Origin: Octopus vulgaris
Lineage: Eukaryota
DNA length: 64,000 bases
Direction: 5' to 3'
Assembly: GCA_951406725.2 (NCBI GenBank)
Contig: OX597814.1
Location: 128,340,001 to 128,404,000 of the forward strand
Part shown: piece after piece, positions 48,605-60,646 of the stretch
Layout: every line of letters starts with the position of its first letter
Position numbering within the stretch: the stretch's first letter is position 1
Program-made: the position numbers and the translations under genes
The notes under the pieces: model-generated
Told to the model about the DNA's origin: nothing
Database searches by the model: none
What the model saw: the letters and a program-made list of their open reading frames with translations, nothing else

Positions 48605-49248
48605 TGAGAGAGAGAGAGAGATAAAACTTACTCGGAAATAGATACCGTGCGTTTAATCATAATAATATAAATAATATATATGCATATATACATACACATA
48701 TGTATATACTTACATATATATGTATATACGTATGCATATATGGGTACAGGATTCATAGAACGTGAACAACATGAAATACGAAAACATGGAATACGAACAT
48801 TTTTTTGTGAAAAACGAAAGAAACAAATGGAAAACAAGACAAGCAACATAAAGAACAACTCTGCATCAGTTGTCGGCTGTTTTTCTATTCCGTATTTCGA
48901 ATAATTCACGAACAATTCGACAAAACAGTTGGTCACGCAAAGCAAATTAAATAAAATTTGGGATTTTGCGGAGGGTGAAAGTTGATAACAAAAACAGGAC
49001 AGTGAAACAGAGTTTCTTTCCTTCTGATCAGCGGCAGAGATCAGATGCATTCTTGTCTGTCTCCTGTCAAAGCTTGTTCTTCCAGCGTTCGCCACCTCAC
49101 CCCGTTAAGGCTTAGCGACTCTTTCTGCTTGTTTCTGTAAATATATACACATGTGTGTATATGTATACATATGTGTGTGTGTATGTATATATATATATAT
49201 ATATGTTATATGTATATCGTTGTATATATATGTGTGTGTGTGTATGTG

Positions 49249-49568
49249 AAGGCGCGTGGTTTTGTGGTTAAGGCATTCTGCTCACGATCGTAAGGTCGTG
49301 AGTTCAATTCCTGGTGACGCGTTGTGCTCTTGAGCAAGACACTTTTTATTTCACGTTGCCTCAGTCCACTCAGCTGGCAAAAATGAGTAGTACCTGTATT
49401 TCAAAGGGCCAGCGTTGTCACACTGTGTCACGATGAATCTCCCTGAGAACTAATTTAAGGGTACAGGTGTCTGTGGAGTGCTCAGCCACTTGCACGTTAA
49501 TTTCACGAGCAAACTGTTCCGTTGATCGTATCACCTAGGACCCTCGTCGTCATAACCGACGGAGTGCT
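49249..49568 (+). mobile_element. SINE with tRNA head and ccctcgtcgtc...gacggagtgc tail
   Basis: A/B-box-like head ggcgcgtggttttgtggttaagg...gagttcaattcc. Confidence 0.8.
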
Positions 49569-50357
49569 CCTTTATATTATGTGTGTGTGCGTGTGTATTT
49601 ATATACAAATCGACTTCACGACTTATTCTTCGCAAGCCTAGTACTTACTGTATCGAGTCGCCTTTGCCGAACCGCTAAGTTATAGGAACGTAAGCACACG
49701 AATACCAGTTGTCAAGCGGTGGTGAGGGGACAACAAACACAAAGACACACACGCATAAATATATACATATCCTTCTTCTATCTCTCTACTTTCCTTCGCT
49801 ATCTTCTCTGTACTTTTCCCTCTGTGACTTCCCCCTCTCTCCCGTTCCTTCCCTAATTTTTCAATTCTGCCCCCTACCCCTTCCTGCTCTTTCCATCTGA
49901 CCGGTGTTCGGCCAAGCATGATCTTTCTTTCTCGGCCTGACCGCCGCCTGTACAACACCTTATTTTCCTGTCTCCTGACTTTCATTTTTGTTTTTGGTTC
50001 ACCTCACACTCCAGCTTAACTTAACTTGTCCTTATTAGTTGAAAGACACCGGTTGTTATTCTCTTGTTTATATTTGTAATCGTGTAACATTTTCTTCATT
50101 TTCTCGTTTTTTTTTTGTTCGTGTTGTACACATTCGCTTGCTTTCTTCCAAAACTTTAATGCTCTTAGCTTAGATTTTTGGGGGCTAACAATGTTGAATA
50201 GTCTCAAGTGTAACAAGCTGAAACTGTAATGGTAATTGGAAGCTTGACTGATGAACAGAGAGCCACGAATGATCCGTCCTAGGTTTTCCCTGTCCGACTT
50301 TGTATTTTCTATCTGTCCGTATGTTTTTATTGTCGTCCGTTACGTTCTCATTCCGTC

Positions 50358-50444
<87 letters not shown>

Positions 50445-51325
50445 CGACGGGCTTCTTTCAGTTTCCGTCTACCAAATCCACTCACATGGCTTTGGTCAGT
50501 CCGAGGCAATAGTAGAAGACACTTGCTCAAGGTGCCATGCTGTGGGACTGAACTCGGAACCATGTAGCTGGGAAGCTAGCTTCTTACCACACAGCCACGC
50601 CTAACTTGATATAAAAACAACCATTAATGTGTGTGGGGGGCGCGCGCGTGTGTGTGTGTGAAGATGCTTAGTTGTTAGGGTGTTGCACTCAAGATCATAA
50701 TATCGTGGTTTCGATTCTCACGTGTCGTACGTTCGGTTCTTGTGCAAACATTTCACATTACGCTGATAAAGAGTGTCGTGATCTCGGCTAGTTATACACC
50801 ATAGACCTGCCCGCCTTGCCAGCGGGATATCATTTGAAAAGTACAATATGTGAGGAAGTGCATTGCGAGCAGTGATGTATAACAGCATCTAATAGCCGTC
50901 AGATCGATCGGCAATATATATGTGCATGTGAGTGCATGTATGTCTTGTATGTATATGTGTGTCCTTAAATAATAGATAAAAAGAAAGAAAGATCGAGTTG
51001 TGATGTAAACATACATTTATAGCTAACAAGGCTAATGATCTAAAGAGAGCCAAAAAAAATGAAAAAGAAAAAATGGTGACTGCAGTATATAACCTGTGTC
51101 GCAACATCATAAACTAGTCTTTCAAATGTTTATTTATAAATGCTGCATTTGCAAACAGTTTAATGAGGCTGTTGGTTGTATGCTTGTAGTACACCTTGTA
51201 CTAACAAGTATTATTGAATTAATATTCTTTTGTCAAGATTTCTCTGTTTTGCTGATGATGATAATGTTGACAACTATTATATTTGACGCAATGTGAAGAA
51301 GGAAATACTAATGATAGAATTGACG

Positions 51326-51726
51326 AGGAGTGGCTATGTGGTAAGTAGCTTGCTTAAAAACCACATGGTTTCGGGTTCAGTCCCACTGCATGGCACCTTG
51401 GGCAAATGTCTTCTACTATAGCCTCGGGCCGACCAAAGCCTTGTGAGTGGATTTGGTAGACGGAAACTTAAAAGAAACCCGTCGTATATATGTATATACA
51501 TGTATGTGTATGTGAGTGTATGTGTTTGTGTATCTGTGTTTGTCCCCCCAATATCGCTGGGCAACTGATGCTGGTGTGTTTACGTCCCCGTATCTTAGCG
51601 GTTCGGCAAAGAGACCGATAGAATAAGTACTAGGCTTACAAAGAATAAGTCCTGGGGTCGATTTGTTCGACTAAAGGCGGTGCTCCAGCATGGCCGCAGT
51701 CAAATGACTGAAACAAGTAAAAGAGT
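51326..51726 (+). mobile_element. Family B SINE, full length
   Basis: tRNA-like head, CORE-like accttgggcaaatgtcttct, internal TA/TG microsatellite, 3' module. Confidence 0.9.
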
Positions 51727-51804
51727 ATATATATATATAATATAATATTATATAATATTATATAATATAATATAACATAATATCCTATAATATAATAATG
51801 ATAA

Positions 51805-52747
51805 CTAGCAGCATAGCCCGGCGTTGCCCGTGTATGTAAGAGCCCCTAGTAGGCAACGACTAATCCCAATCTAGTCCTTTCCCTCTAGGGAACGAAGGCG
51901 CATGTGTAGGTTGCAATGTCTTCTCTTTACTCGAATACTTCTGTGTATACGATGTTCCTAGCTGTCCCTTTGGGCGAAAACATGAAAACGTCATTGCGCC
52001 TCCCAACGCGTGAACAGCCCACGTAGAGTTGACCGTGGGCGAAGCACTGTTCACCCAACTGTAACCCAGCGACTTGTAGCGTTTGGCCTTGGGATTTATT
52101 GATGAACATTGTGAAGCAGAGTTTAACAGGAAACTGAAAACGCCTGAAGTGGATTGATAGGTCAGCGCCCGACGGTTGAAGGTGCATGCGTGGAATGAAG
52201 ACGTCCTCTCCCTTCCCACAACCGGTAAGTATTGTGGACGTTATTAAATGTGGTGGCAAATGTTTCACAACCAGATGTGTGCCGTTGCACTGTTTAGGTG
52301 GAACCAAATTCCTGATGAGCATAATGGGCGCACCGACTTTTAACTTCAGGATGTGTGGCGGCAGGCCTGGCGGTTCAAGTGAATTCAGAAATTCAACAGG
52401 ATAATCGGCAAACTAGGCGGGGTCTGCTGTCCTATCAATAGATTTGTAGACGTGGACATCACCAGGAATAGCTTCAAGTAGCTGGATATTGATGGAGTTG
52501 AGAGTTAAAAAGGTCGAGTTGCGTCCCCTAGACAGTCTGTGGTTTGTGTTTCTGATTCTCGACCCCATGTCGAATTTATCGATTTTTTTCAGAACTGGGG
52601 GAAATTTTCGCTGCGTTAGTTTTGAATTATGACATTGGGCTATGTGTGTGTCAAATTTCATCAGAATCGGTTGAAAGCCGTGGTCATGGTGAGGTTACAA
52701 CCTGACAGACACACAGACAGACAAACTGCTGTTTATATATAGAGAGA
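51805..52747 (-). mobile_element. Internally deleted Helitron retaining a PIF1-helicase C-terminal fragment
   Basis: A|TCTCTCTATATATAAAC 5' end; cgggcaacgccggg hairpin and CTAG|T; ORF 51927-52322 with [37 protein letters not shown]. Confidence 0.93.
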
Positions 52748-52749
52748 TA

Positions 52750-53140
52750 ATGGCCGTGTTGAAAAAGCTTGCTTCCCAACCACATGGATCCAAGTTCAGT
52801 CCCACTGCGTAGCACCTTGGGCAAGTGTCTTCCGCTATAGCCTCGGGCCGACCAGTCTTGGGAATGGATTTTGAAGATGGAAATTGAAAGAGGCCCGTCG
52901 TATGTATATATATTTATGTGTGTTTGTGTTTGTACCACTCACTACCATCATCACCACCACCTCTTAAGAACCGGTTTCGGTGTGTTTGCGTCCCCATAAC
53001 ATAGCCGTTCGGCAAAACATGCCGATAAAATAAGTACCAAGCTTAGAAAAAAAAAGCAGAAGCACAGAAATTCATTCGATTAAAAATTCAAGGCAGTGCT
53101 CCAGTATGGCCGCAGTCTAATGACTAAAACAAGAGAAAAT
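52750..53140 (+). mobile_element. Family B SINE
   Basis: Module homology to 51326-51726. Confidence 0.8.
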
Positions 53141-53308
53141 AAAAGATAAAAATAATATATATAATACATACATACATAGTTGGAATTTACAAAAAAGGCA
53201 AAAAACAAAAGACGAAGACAGGTGTGTAAACATATGCATACATAGTACATACAATACACACATACATACATACATACATATGTACGTACGTACGTATGTT
53301 TGTACGTA

Positions 53309-53819
53309 CCGTAAATCCTCGAGTATAGTCCGCCCTTGAGTATAATACGTAGGGGGTTTTAGGGGGCTGTACCTCTGAAAAACCTAAACCTTGTGTATAA
53401 TACGCACTCCTTCTCTAACTTGAGTTAAAGAGGTCTATATAACGTCCTTGGTTTGTAAAATTGTATACGGTAACGTCCTTTATTATTATTGTATATATAA
53501 CATAATGCAAACGTGTAGCTTTTTTGTGCATTTTGTTTGCAGAAAATAAAGTAATAACAGTAATAACGTTTAAGAAATGTTGCTTATTGCAAGTTATGGA
53601 TGATCCTTTTATGACTACCTTGCTTTCGGGCTTAGCTTAAGGTATTTTCACGCCCGACATCACAAAATGCGTCTAAACAAACATTGCCAGACAGCAAATA
53701 GAGACTTGGACATTGCTTAGAAAATAATTTTCATTTTTAACCTCGTATATAGCACGCACTAGGGATTTTGACCTTTAAATTTTGGGAAAAAAGTGCGAAT
53801 TATACTCGAGAATTTACGG
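53309..53819 (+). mobile_element. Tc2/pogo-like MITE in a TACG/TATG microsatellite
   Basis: TA-flanked TIRs ccgtaaatcctcgagtata / tatactcgagaatttacgg; closely similar to 6647-7125. Confidence 0.9.
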
Positions 53820-53984
53820 TATGTATGTATACATGTATATACGTATGTACGTACATACATACATATATACGTACGTATGTACATACGTATGTATGCATGG
53901 TTGCTATAGATAGTATGGTAAAGGCGGAACTGATTAGGAAAAGCTGCTGAAATGGATGTATAATAGTTTAATTGTACAAATATT

Positions 53985-53987
53985 ACT

Positions 53988-54082
<95 letters not shown>

Positions 54083-54222
54083 CGTGTGTATGTGCGTGCG
54101 TGTACGTATGTACGTACGTACGTACGTAGGTATGTATGTATGTATGTATGTATGTATGTATGTATGTATGTACGTATGTATGTATGTATGTATGTATGTA
54201 TGTATGTATGTATGTATGTATA
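53985..54222. repeat. (TG)n(TATG)n microsatellite
   Basis: Direct observation. Confidence 0.95.
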
Positions 54223-54274
54223 TTTTACAAGATTCCTGATGGGAAATCGTAGGTTGAAACAGCTGTTGTTAATT

Positions 54275-54576
54275 AGGGATGGTCAAATTTTTGGCCAACT
54301 AACTACGCACACTATAAACTCGATCTTCACTTTAGCTCTTATTATTATTCTTATCTTAGCGCCCTTTGTCTGAAATCTTTCATCACACATCCTGTGCCCT
54401 ATTCAGCGACTCCCCATCTCAGGAAACACGTGGAATGGAGAGCCGCTGAAGAGGTCACAGTATATGTGATGAAGGTTACCAGATAAAGGACACTAAGATA
54501 CGAATAATAATGAAGCTGAAATGAAGAACACATTTACAGTGCGTGTGGTCAATTGGCAAAAAATATGATCATCCCC
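54275..54576. repeat. Diverged foldback element (about 140-bp arms) with a hammerhead-like core in each arm
   Basis: Arms gggatggtc...cagcgactcccca / tggagagccgctg...gatcatcccc; right arm CUGAAGA G GUCACA guaua UGUGAU GAAG. Confidence 0.7.
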
Positions 54577-54999
54577 AAATATAACAATACACGATATATA
54601 TGCACTTGTTTAGTGGTTTTAGTAATTGTGACGTTTTGATGCCCACTTTCCAGCTCTCTTCACCGTCGCAGACACTCGGCTACAAATGATAATTTTTCTA
54701 CTCTGTATGATTATGTTTGTAATTTGTGGTCGAAATATCTTAAGTGAATTCAAACGAAAAATACTGCCCCGGCTCACGATCATAATGTCGTGGGATTTAT
54801 ATCTGGACGGGTCTGCAAGTTGTGTTCTTGAGCAAGTTACTTCATTTGACATTATTTCATCCAGCTGGTGAACAGCAGCTGCAACTGTCACTCCTACATC
54901 CTGGATGTGCAGCTGCATCAAAAGACGAGGAAATATTTAAGTCTGCACACGCACCATACAGGCACCTAAAACAATTAACGAAAGCATGGTACATATTGT

Positions 55000-55225
55000 G
55001 GAGGCGCGTAGCTTAGTGGTTAGGGTGTCAGCACCATGATCGTAAGATTGCGGTTTCAATTCCTGGACCGGGCGACGCGTTGTGTTCTTGAGCAAAACAC
55101 TTCATTTCATGTTGCTCCAGTCCACTCAGCTGGCAAAAATGAGTAATGTTGCGATGGACTGGCGTCCCGTCCAGCTGGGGAAACCGGGCCCATGAGCCTG
55201 GCTAGGCTTTAAAAGGGCGCATTTA
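55000..55225 (+). mobile_element. Family C-related SINE, A-rich tail type
   Basis: ggaggcgcgtagcttagtggttaggg head; gggaaaccgggcccatgagcctggctaggc tail. Confidence 0.8.
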
Positions 55226-55329
55226 TAATTTTTTTATGCTACATATTACTAAGCTACACGGCTGGCTCTTTAGTTATTTCCTTGACTACAGTATGACGAA
55301 AGGTAAAGTCGAACAATATTTTTTTTCTA

Positions 55330-56587
55330 TCAGGTCATCCCATAAGTTCTGTCCGATTTTAAAATTGAATGGAATTCAATAATATTTTAGAATGTCTAAT
55401 GGAATTAAAAATCATTTTTATGCATTTGTGTATATTTAAATTAATTATTATTTTACAGAATAATAGAATTAAAATTTCTTTGATTAAAACCCTTTCTAAC
55501 ATGGTAGTATCCAGAGAGCATTTGAGGCAGATAATGCTTTATGAGTACAAAACAGGAAACTCTGCAGTCGAAACATACACTCAGTTTATGGGAAAGAATG
55601 CTTGAATGAAAGAACTTGCAGAAGATGGTTTGCAAAATTCAAAAGTGGAGATTTCAGCCTTGAAGATGAAGATTGAACAGGACGTCCAGTTGAGTTTGAT
55701 GATAAGCTCCATTAAGTATTACTTGAAGGAAATCCTGCATTATCAGTTGAAGAATTGGCAATAAAGCTTAGTTCAAACCATACAACTGTTCATCGTCATC
55801 AACAACTTGGAAAGGTTCCTAAACTTGGAAAATGGGTGTCTCATGAATTGTCCGAAAGCAACCGCTAATTCCAAGTTGACATCTGCTCTTCTCTCCATTC
55901 TCGCGAACTCATTTCACCTTTTTTTTTTTGATAGACTTGAGACTGGTGACGAAAAATGGGTCTTCTAGCGAAATGTTAAACGTCGTAAACAGTGGCTTGG
56001 TAAAAGGGAAAAAGTTCAACCACAACCGAGAACTTCATGGGAAAAAGGTTCTCTCTATCTGGTGGGATTGCAAAGGAGTAATTCACTTTGAATTGCTACC
56101 ACCTAATGCAACAATCAATGCTCAAGTCTACTGTCAGCAATTAGAGCGTTTGAACCAAGCTTTGGAGAAAAAAAGACCTGCTTTAGTGAATCGAAAAGGA
56201 GTTACGTTTCATCAGGACAATGCGCGAATTCACACTGCAAAGATCACATCACAGAAGATCGAAGAGCTTGGTTGGGAAAAAATTCCTCACCCATCTTATT
56301 CTCCTGACCGTGCTCCTTCAGACTACCATTTGTTTCGTAGTTTACAGAATCATTTGGGGGACATAACTTTTGCAAGCCAGGAGGAGGTCAAAACTGACAT
56401 TTCAGAGTTCTTCGCTTTGAAACCAAAAGAGTTTTACATTGATGGGATTAAAAAGCTTGTAAATAGATGGAAGGAAGTCAAAGATAATCAGGGAAAGGCC
56501 ATAGATGATTAAATTTCAATTAAATATAACATTTGATCATTTGTTTTCTTTATTCTAAATTCGAACAGAACTTATGGGATGACCTGA
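55330..56587 (+). mobile_element. Near-full-length mariner (DD34D) transposon with a pseudogenized transposase
   Basis: TA-flanked TIRs tcaggtcatcccataagttctgt; TGDEKW, HQDNARIH and HPSYSPDRAPSDYHLF motifs; stops and frameshifts. Confidence 0.95.
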
Positions 56588-56709
56588 TATATTATCATCA
56601 CTTGTCACATCAAGTCAAGTAGTAGTAGTAGTGGTGGTGGTGGCGGCAACGGCGGTGGTAGTGGTGGGGTAGTAGTAGTAGTAGCAGCAGCAGTAATAGT
56701 AGTAGTAGT

Positions 56710-56875
56710 CAGTGCCGTCTTAAGACATGAGCACACTGGACAGTTACCCAGGGGCCTCACAAGGCTTAGGGTCCCAACTCTCATCAATGTATGCTGTGGT
56801 TTACTGTCAATAACTAAATATAGGTTTTAGTGCATTGATTTTCCAGGGACTTATATTGCTGCTAAGATGGCCCTT
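56710..56875 (+). mobile_element. hAT (Tip100-like) MITE
   Basis: cagtgccgtctt ... aagatggccct; flanks gtagtagt/gtagtaac; homologous to 23461-23626. Confidence 0.65.
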
Positions 56876-57301
56876 GTAGTAACAGCAGCAGCAGCCGTTC
56901 AAGAATTCGGACCTAGAGATCTCCATTTCCAGCGACTTCGAGGGCTACCTCCCAGTGGTGTCGGGCGTCAACGAAGACCTCTCGACTACAACAAGACGAC
57001 CAAAGTTCTTTTTTCCAAGGTCTTGGGTCTCCCGCCCCTAAGCCCTAGACCATCACCTAATCACCCTTACCCGTCTTGTTGCTTAACAACAACAACAATA
57101 ACAACAGCAGCAGCAGCAATAGTATTAATAGTAGTCGTTGCTGTTCTTTTTCCTGTTCTTGTTTTACTAGTTCTTTAACTCCGGATTAACAGTGCTAGAT
57201 TATGCAAGTAGCAGCATGCTATGAGCCCGGAATTGTCCGGGCTCCAGCGCAAAATGCTTTATGCTATGATACTACACTCTCTTCAATATTCGTGAACGAC
57301 T

Positions 57302-57699
57302 AAGGCGGCGAGCTGGAAGAATCGTTAGCACGCCGGGCGAAATGCTTAGCGGCATTTCGTCTGCCGCTACGTTCTGAGTTCAAATTCCGCCGAGGTCGAC
57401 TTTGCCTTTCATCCTTTTGGGGTCGATTAAATAAGTACGAGTTACGCACTGGGGTCGATGTAATCGACTTAATCCGTCTGTCTGTCCTTGTTTGTCCCCT
57501 CTATGTTTAGCCCCTTGTGGGTAGTAAAGAAGTAGGTATTTCGTCTGCTGCTACGATCTAAGTTCAAATTCTGCCGAGGTCGACTTTGCTTTTCAACATT
57601 TCGGGGCCTATAAATTAAGTACCAGTTGCGTACTGGGGTCGATCTAATCGACTGCCCCCCTTCCTCAAAATTTCGGACCTTGTGCCTAGAGAAGAAAAG
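57302..57699 (+). mobile_element. Dimeric family A SINE (tail A + tail B)
   Basis: 17-bp TSD aatattcgtgaac(g/a)act at 57285-57301 and 57700-57716. Confidence 0.9.
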
Positions 57700-58603
57700 A
57701 ATATTCGTGAACAACTGGTTGTTTAAGCCCGACCCCAATACGCGGGACGCTTCCGAGATCCAATACACATCTAAATCAAATTATTGCAAGCCATTAAGTC
57801 CGATTCCGTGATTCTGCATTTGTGGTATTACTTTAGTACTTTACGATATTCAACATTTATGGACGACTGGTTATTCATGGTCCATCCAATACAAAGCGTA
57901 CTTCCGACACCCAGTACATTTTAAACTAAATTATAATCTGAAGGACGACACTAAAAAAAAAGCCTTCATTTTTTGCTAGATGCTTATCAATAGCCTTTGT
58001 CATTCTATTTCTCTATTTCGTAATCTGATCTTATAATTGAGCTTAATTATTCTTTCTCCAATATATAAGGTCAGTTGAACAAATCGATTTTATACTAATA
58101 CGTTGTAGACACCATAATTGTTAGCAATCAAATCAGGATGTTTAAACAGGTATGAAAATTTTATTATGTGCAGTTTCTATTTTAATCTTAGGCCATTAAG
58201 AAGCAAAACCACAGCACAATTAACAAATTAGAATTAATATATTCACATCTTCAACAATAGGCCACAAAAACAAATTTCCACTGTACTAGTGTGGTGTAAC
58301 AGGATAGAATATTTAAACAGCGTATTTTAGTGGCTTAAAGGAACAATGTTATACATTGTAACATTTAAACTTTGTTTTCTTTTGTGTTTTTTTTAAATTT
58401 TTTTTTAGTTCCTGAGGATAGCTCCACCCATTCAAATTGACCGCATAGTTTGTTGTGTCTATGCAATCATCTTTCAAAGTTGGCCTTCAACAAATCTGAA
58501 ACTTGCCCATTAGTTTTAGTAGTATCCCAGGCTACCCGTGACCCGTTGAGTCACTGACGGCTCAGGTTATAAAACTTTGAAGCTGATTCTCGAGCAAAAC
58601 ATT

Positions 58604-58885
58604 AAGGCGGCGAGCGGGCGAAATGCTTAGCTGTATTTCGTCTGCTGCTACGTTCTGAGTTCAAATTCCGCCGAGGTCGACTTTACCTTCCATCCATTCG
58701 GGGTCGATTAAATAAGTACCAGTTACGCACTGGGGCCGATATAATCGACTTAATCCGTTTGTCTGTCCTTGTTCGTCCTCTCTGTGTTTAGCCCCTTGTG
58801 GGTAGTAAAGAAATAGGTATTTCGTCTGCCGTTACGTTTTAAGTTCAAATTCCGCCGAGGTCGACTTTGCTTTTCATCCTTTCAG
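58604..58885 (+). mobile_element. Dimeric family A SINE, truncated
   Basis: Junction aaagaaata|ggtatttcgtctgcc at about 58815. Confidence 0.85.
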
Positions 58886-59301
58886 TTATGAGAGAAAAAA
58901 TTCGGATCGTGTGAATTTTCCGAAACTCCTCTCACCACCTCCTCGGAAAAAATTCTTACTAATAAATCCCTATACACTCTGAATCCACAGTATCTATGCG
59001 GTATTTGTTGAAAATTTCGTTAAAAAGTATTCATTTCTCTGGAAGTACAAGACAACAAAGTCGGTGGGGCACACATCTGTAGTTATGCCAACAAAAGTAT
59101 CCCGGTGTTCACAGTAAAGAGTAATAACGCCAGATTCCACTGCTGAAATTTGTAGAAACAATCCCCACAAAACTCCGTATTTTGGGATTGCATGGTCCGA
59201 TTTACACAAAACTTGTTTTACTCCGTTTATATACACATTTAAGGGTGCTTTACTTTCAGAGTATTTTTCCATTATGCGCCTGTTTGGCTATATTAAATTA
59301 C

Positions 59302-59520
59302 AGGCGGCGAGCTGCCACGCCGGGTGAAATGCTTAGCGGTATTTCGTCTGTCGTTACGTTCTGAGTTCAAATTCCGCCGAGGTCGACTTTGCCGTTCATC
59401 CTTTCGGGGTCGATAAATAAAGTACCAGTTTCGCACTGGGTCGATGTAATCGTCTTAATCCCGTTGTCTGTCCTTGTTTGTCCCCTCTATGTTTAGCCTC
59501 TTGTGGATAGTAAAGAAATA
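59302..59520 (+). mobile_element. Family A SINE
   Basis: Flanked by the repeat tatattaaattacag. Confidence 0.9.
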
Positions 59521-59655
59521 TATATTAAATTACAGACAAGATCGCAAGCAAGCAAGCAATCCCAGTAATATTCGTAGCCACTTTAAAATGGCTGTCCGTT
59601 CAAGCGGTCTCTTCTACAATTTTTTAACCCCAAGAGTAAATAGTAGTAAATAGAT

Positions 59656-59842
59656 ACTCTTTTACTTGTTTCAGTCATGTGACGGTGGCCATGCTGGAGC
59701 ACCGCCTTTAGTCGAGCAAATCGACCCCAGGACCTATTCTTTGTAAGCCTAGTACTTATTCTATCGGTACCTTTTGTCGAACCGCTAAGTTACTGGAACG
59801 TAAACTCACCAGCATCGGTTGTCAAGCGATGTTGGGGGACAA

Positions 59843-59917
<75 letters not shown>

Positions 59918-60072
59918 CACGACGGGCTTCTTTCAGTTTCCGTCTACCAAATCTACTCTCAAGGCTTTGGTCGGCCCGAGGCTATAGTAGAAGACATTTG
60001 CCCAAGGTGCCACATAGTGGGACTGAACCCGAAACCATGTAGTTGGTAAGCAAACTACTTACCACACAGCCA
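59656..60072 (-). mobile_element. Family B SINE, full length
   Basis: Complete modules with internal (CA)n(TA)n. Confidence 0.9.
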
Positions 60073-60646
60073 CTGCTACGACTACTATAATAAATAGTAA
60101 GACCCTTTCATGTGTTTCGATTAATTACAACCCACTAATACTACCTGATCTCTATACATTTTTCAAAAGTTTCTACTTGAGCCCTGGGACACTTGAGTTT
60201 CTATTGTGTATATGTAATCGAAAACACATAATTTCAGTCGAACCGAACACCGGTCCGTTGCAAGATTGAAGGAAAGAGAACAAGTCAATAAAGTCAATCT
60301 CAGTATTTGACTGTTGATTTATTTTATCGACCCTGAAAGAATGAGATAAAAGCAAAGTTGTCATCGGCGGGATTTGAACTCAGAATGTAAAGGGCCAGAA
60401 AAAACGCTGCTAAGCATTTTGTCCTACGTGCGAACAATTCTGTCATCTCGCCGCCTTGGTGTATATACGAGGGAGTACTGAAAAGTTCCAGGCTTTAAGG
60501 GTGTCGCGAAAGGTCTGGTTGGGGGGCGAACCTTCCGAGTTCTTTTACTGGAAAGTATGGTAATGGCAAAACTGATTGGGAAAATTGGCTGAAATGGATA
60601 CATAATACTATAGAGTTTAAATATTACTGTGTGTGTGTGTGTGTGT

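Noticed and set aside
50245-50282. gaCUGAUGAac...GAAU hammerhead-like core in a TA-flanked repeat, with similar traces near 48860 and 49020
   Set aside because: Stem II and GAAA cannot be recovered. It may be a Penelope remnant but cannot be supported as a ribozyme.
55928-56512. Mariner catalytic-domain ORF as a possible domesticated gene
   Set aside because: The TIRs are still present and there are several upstream stops and frameshifts, so it is a decaying copy.
58994-59272. ORF segment LQISAVESGVITLYCEHRDTFVGITTD loosely resembling an FGF beta-trefoil stretch
   Set aside because: The conserved Gly after TD is missing, splice sites do not fit, and there are no partner exons. The surrounding DNA (ccgatttacacaaaac) looks like the interior of a DNA transposon. 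An HMM search would settle it.
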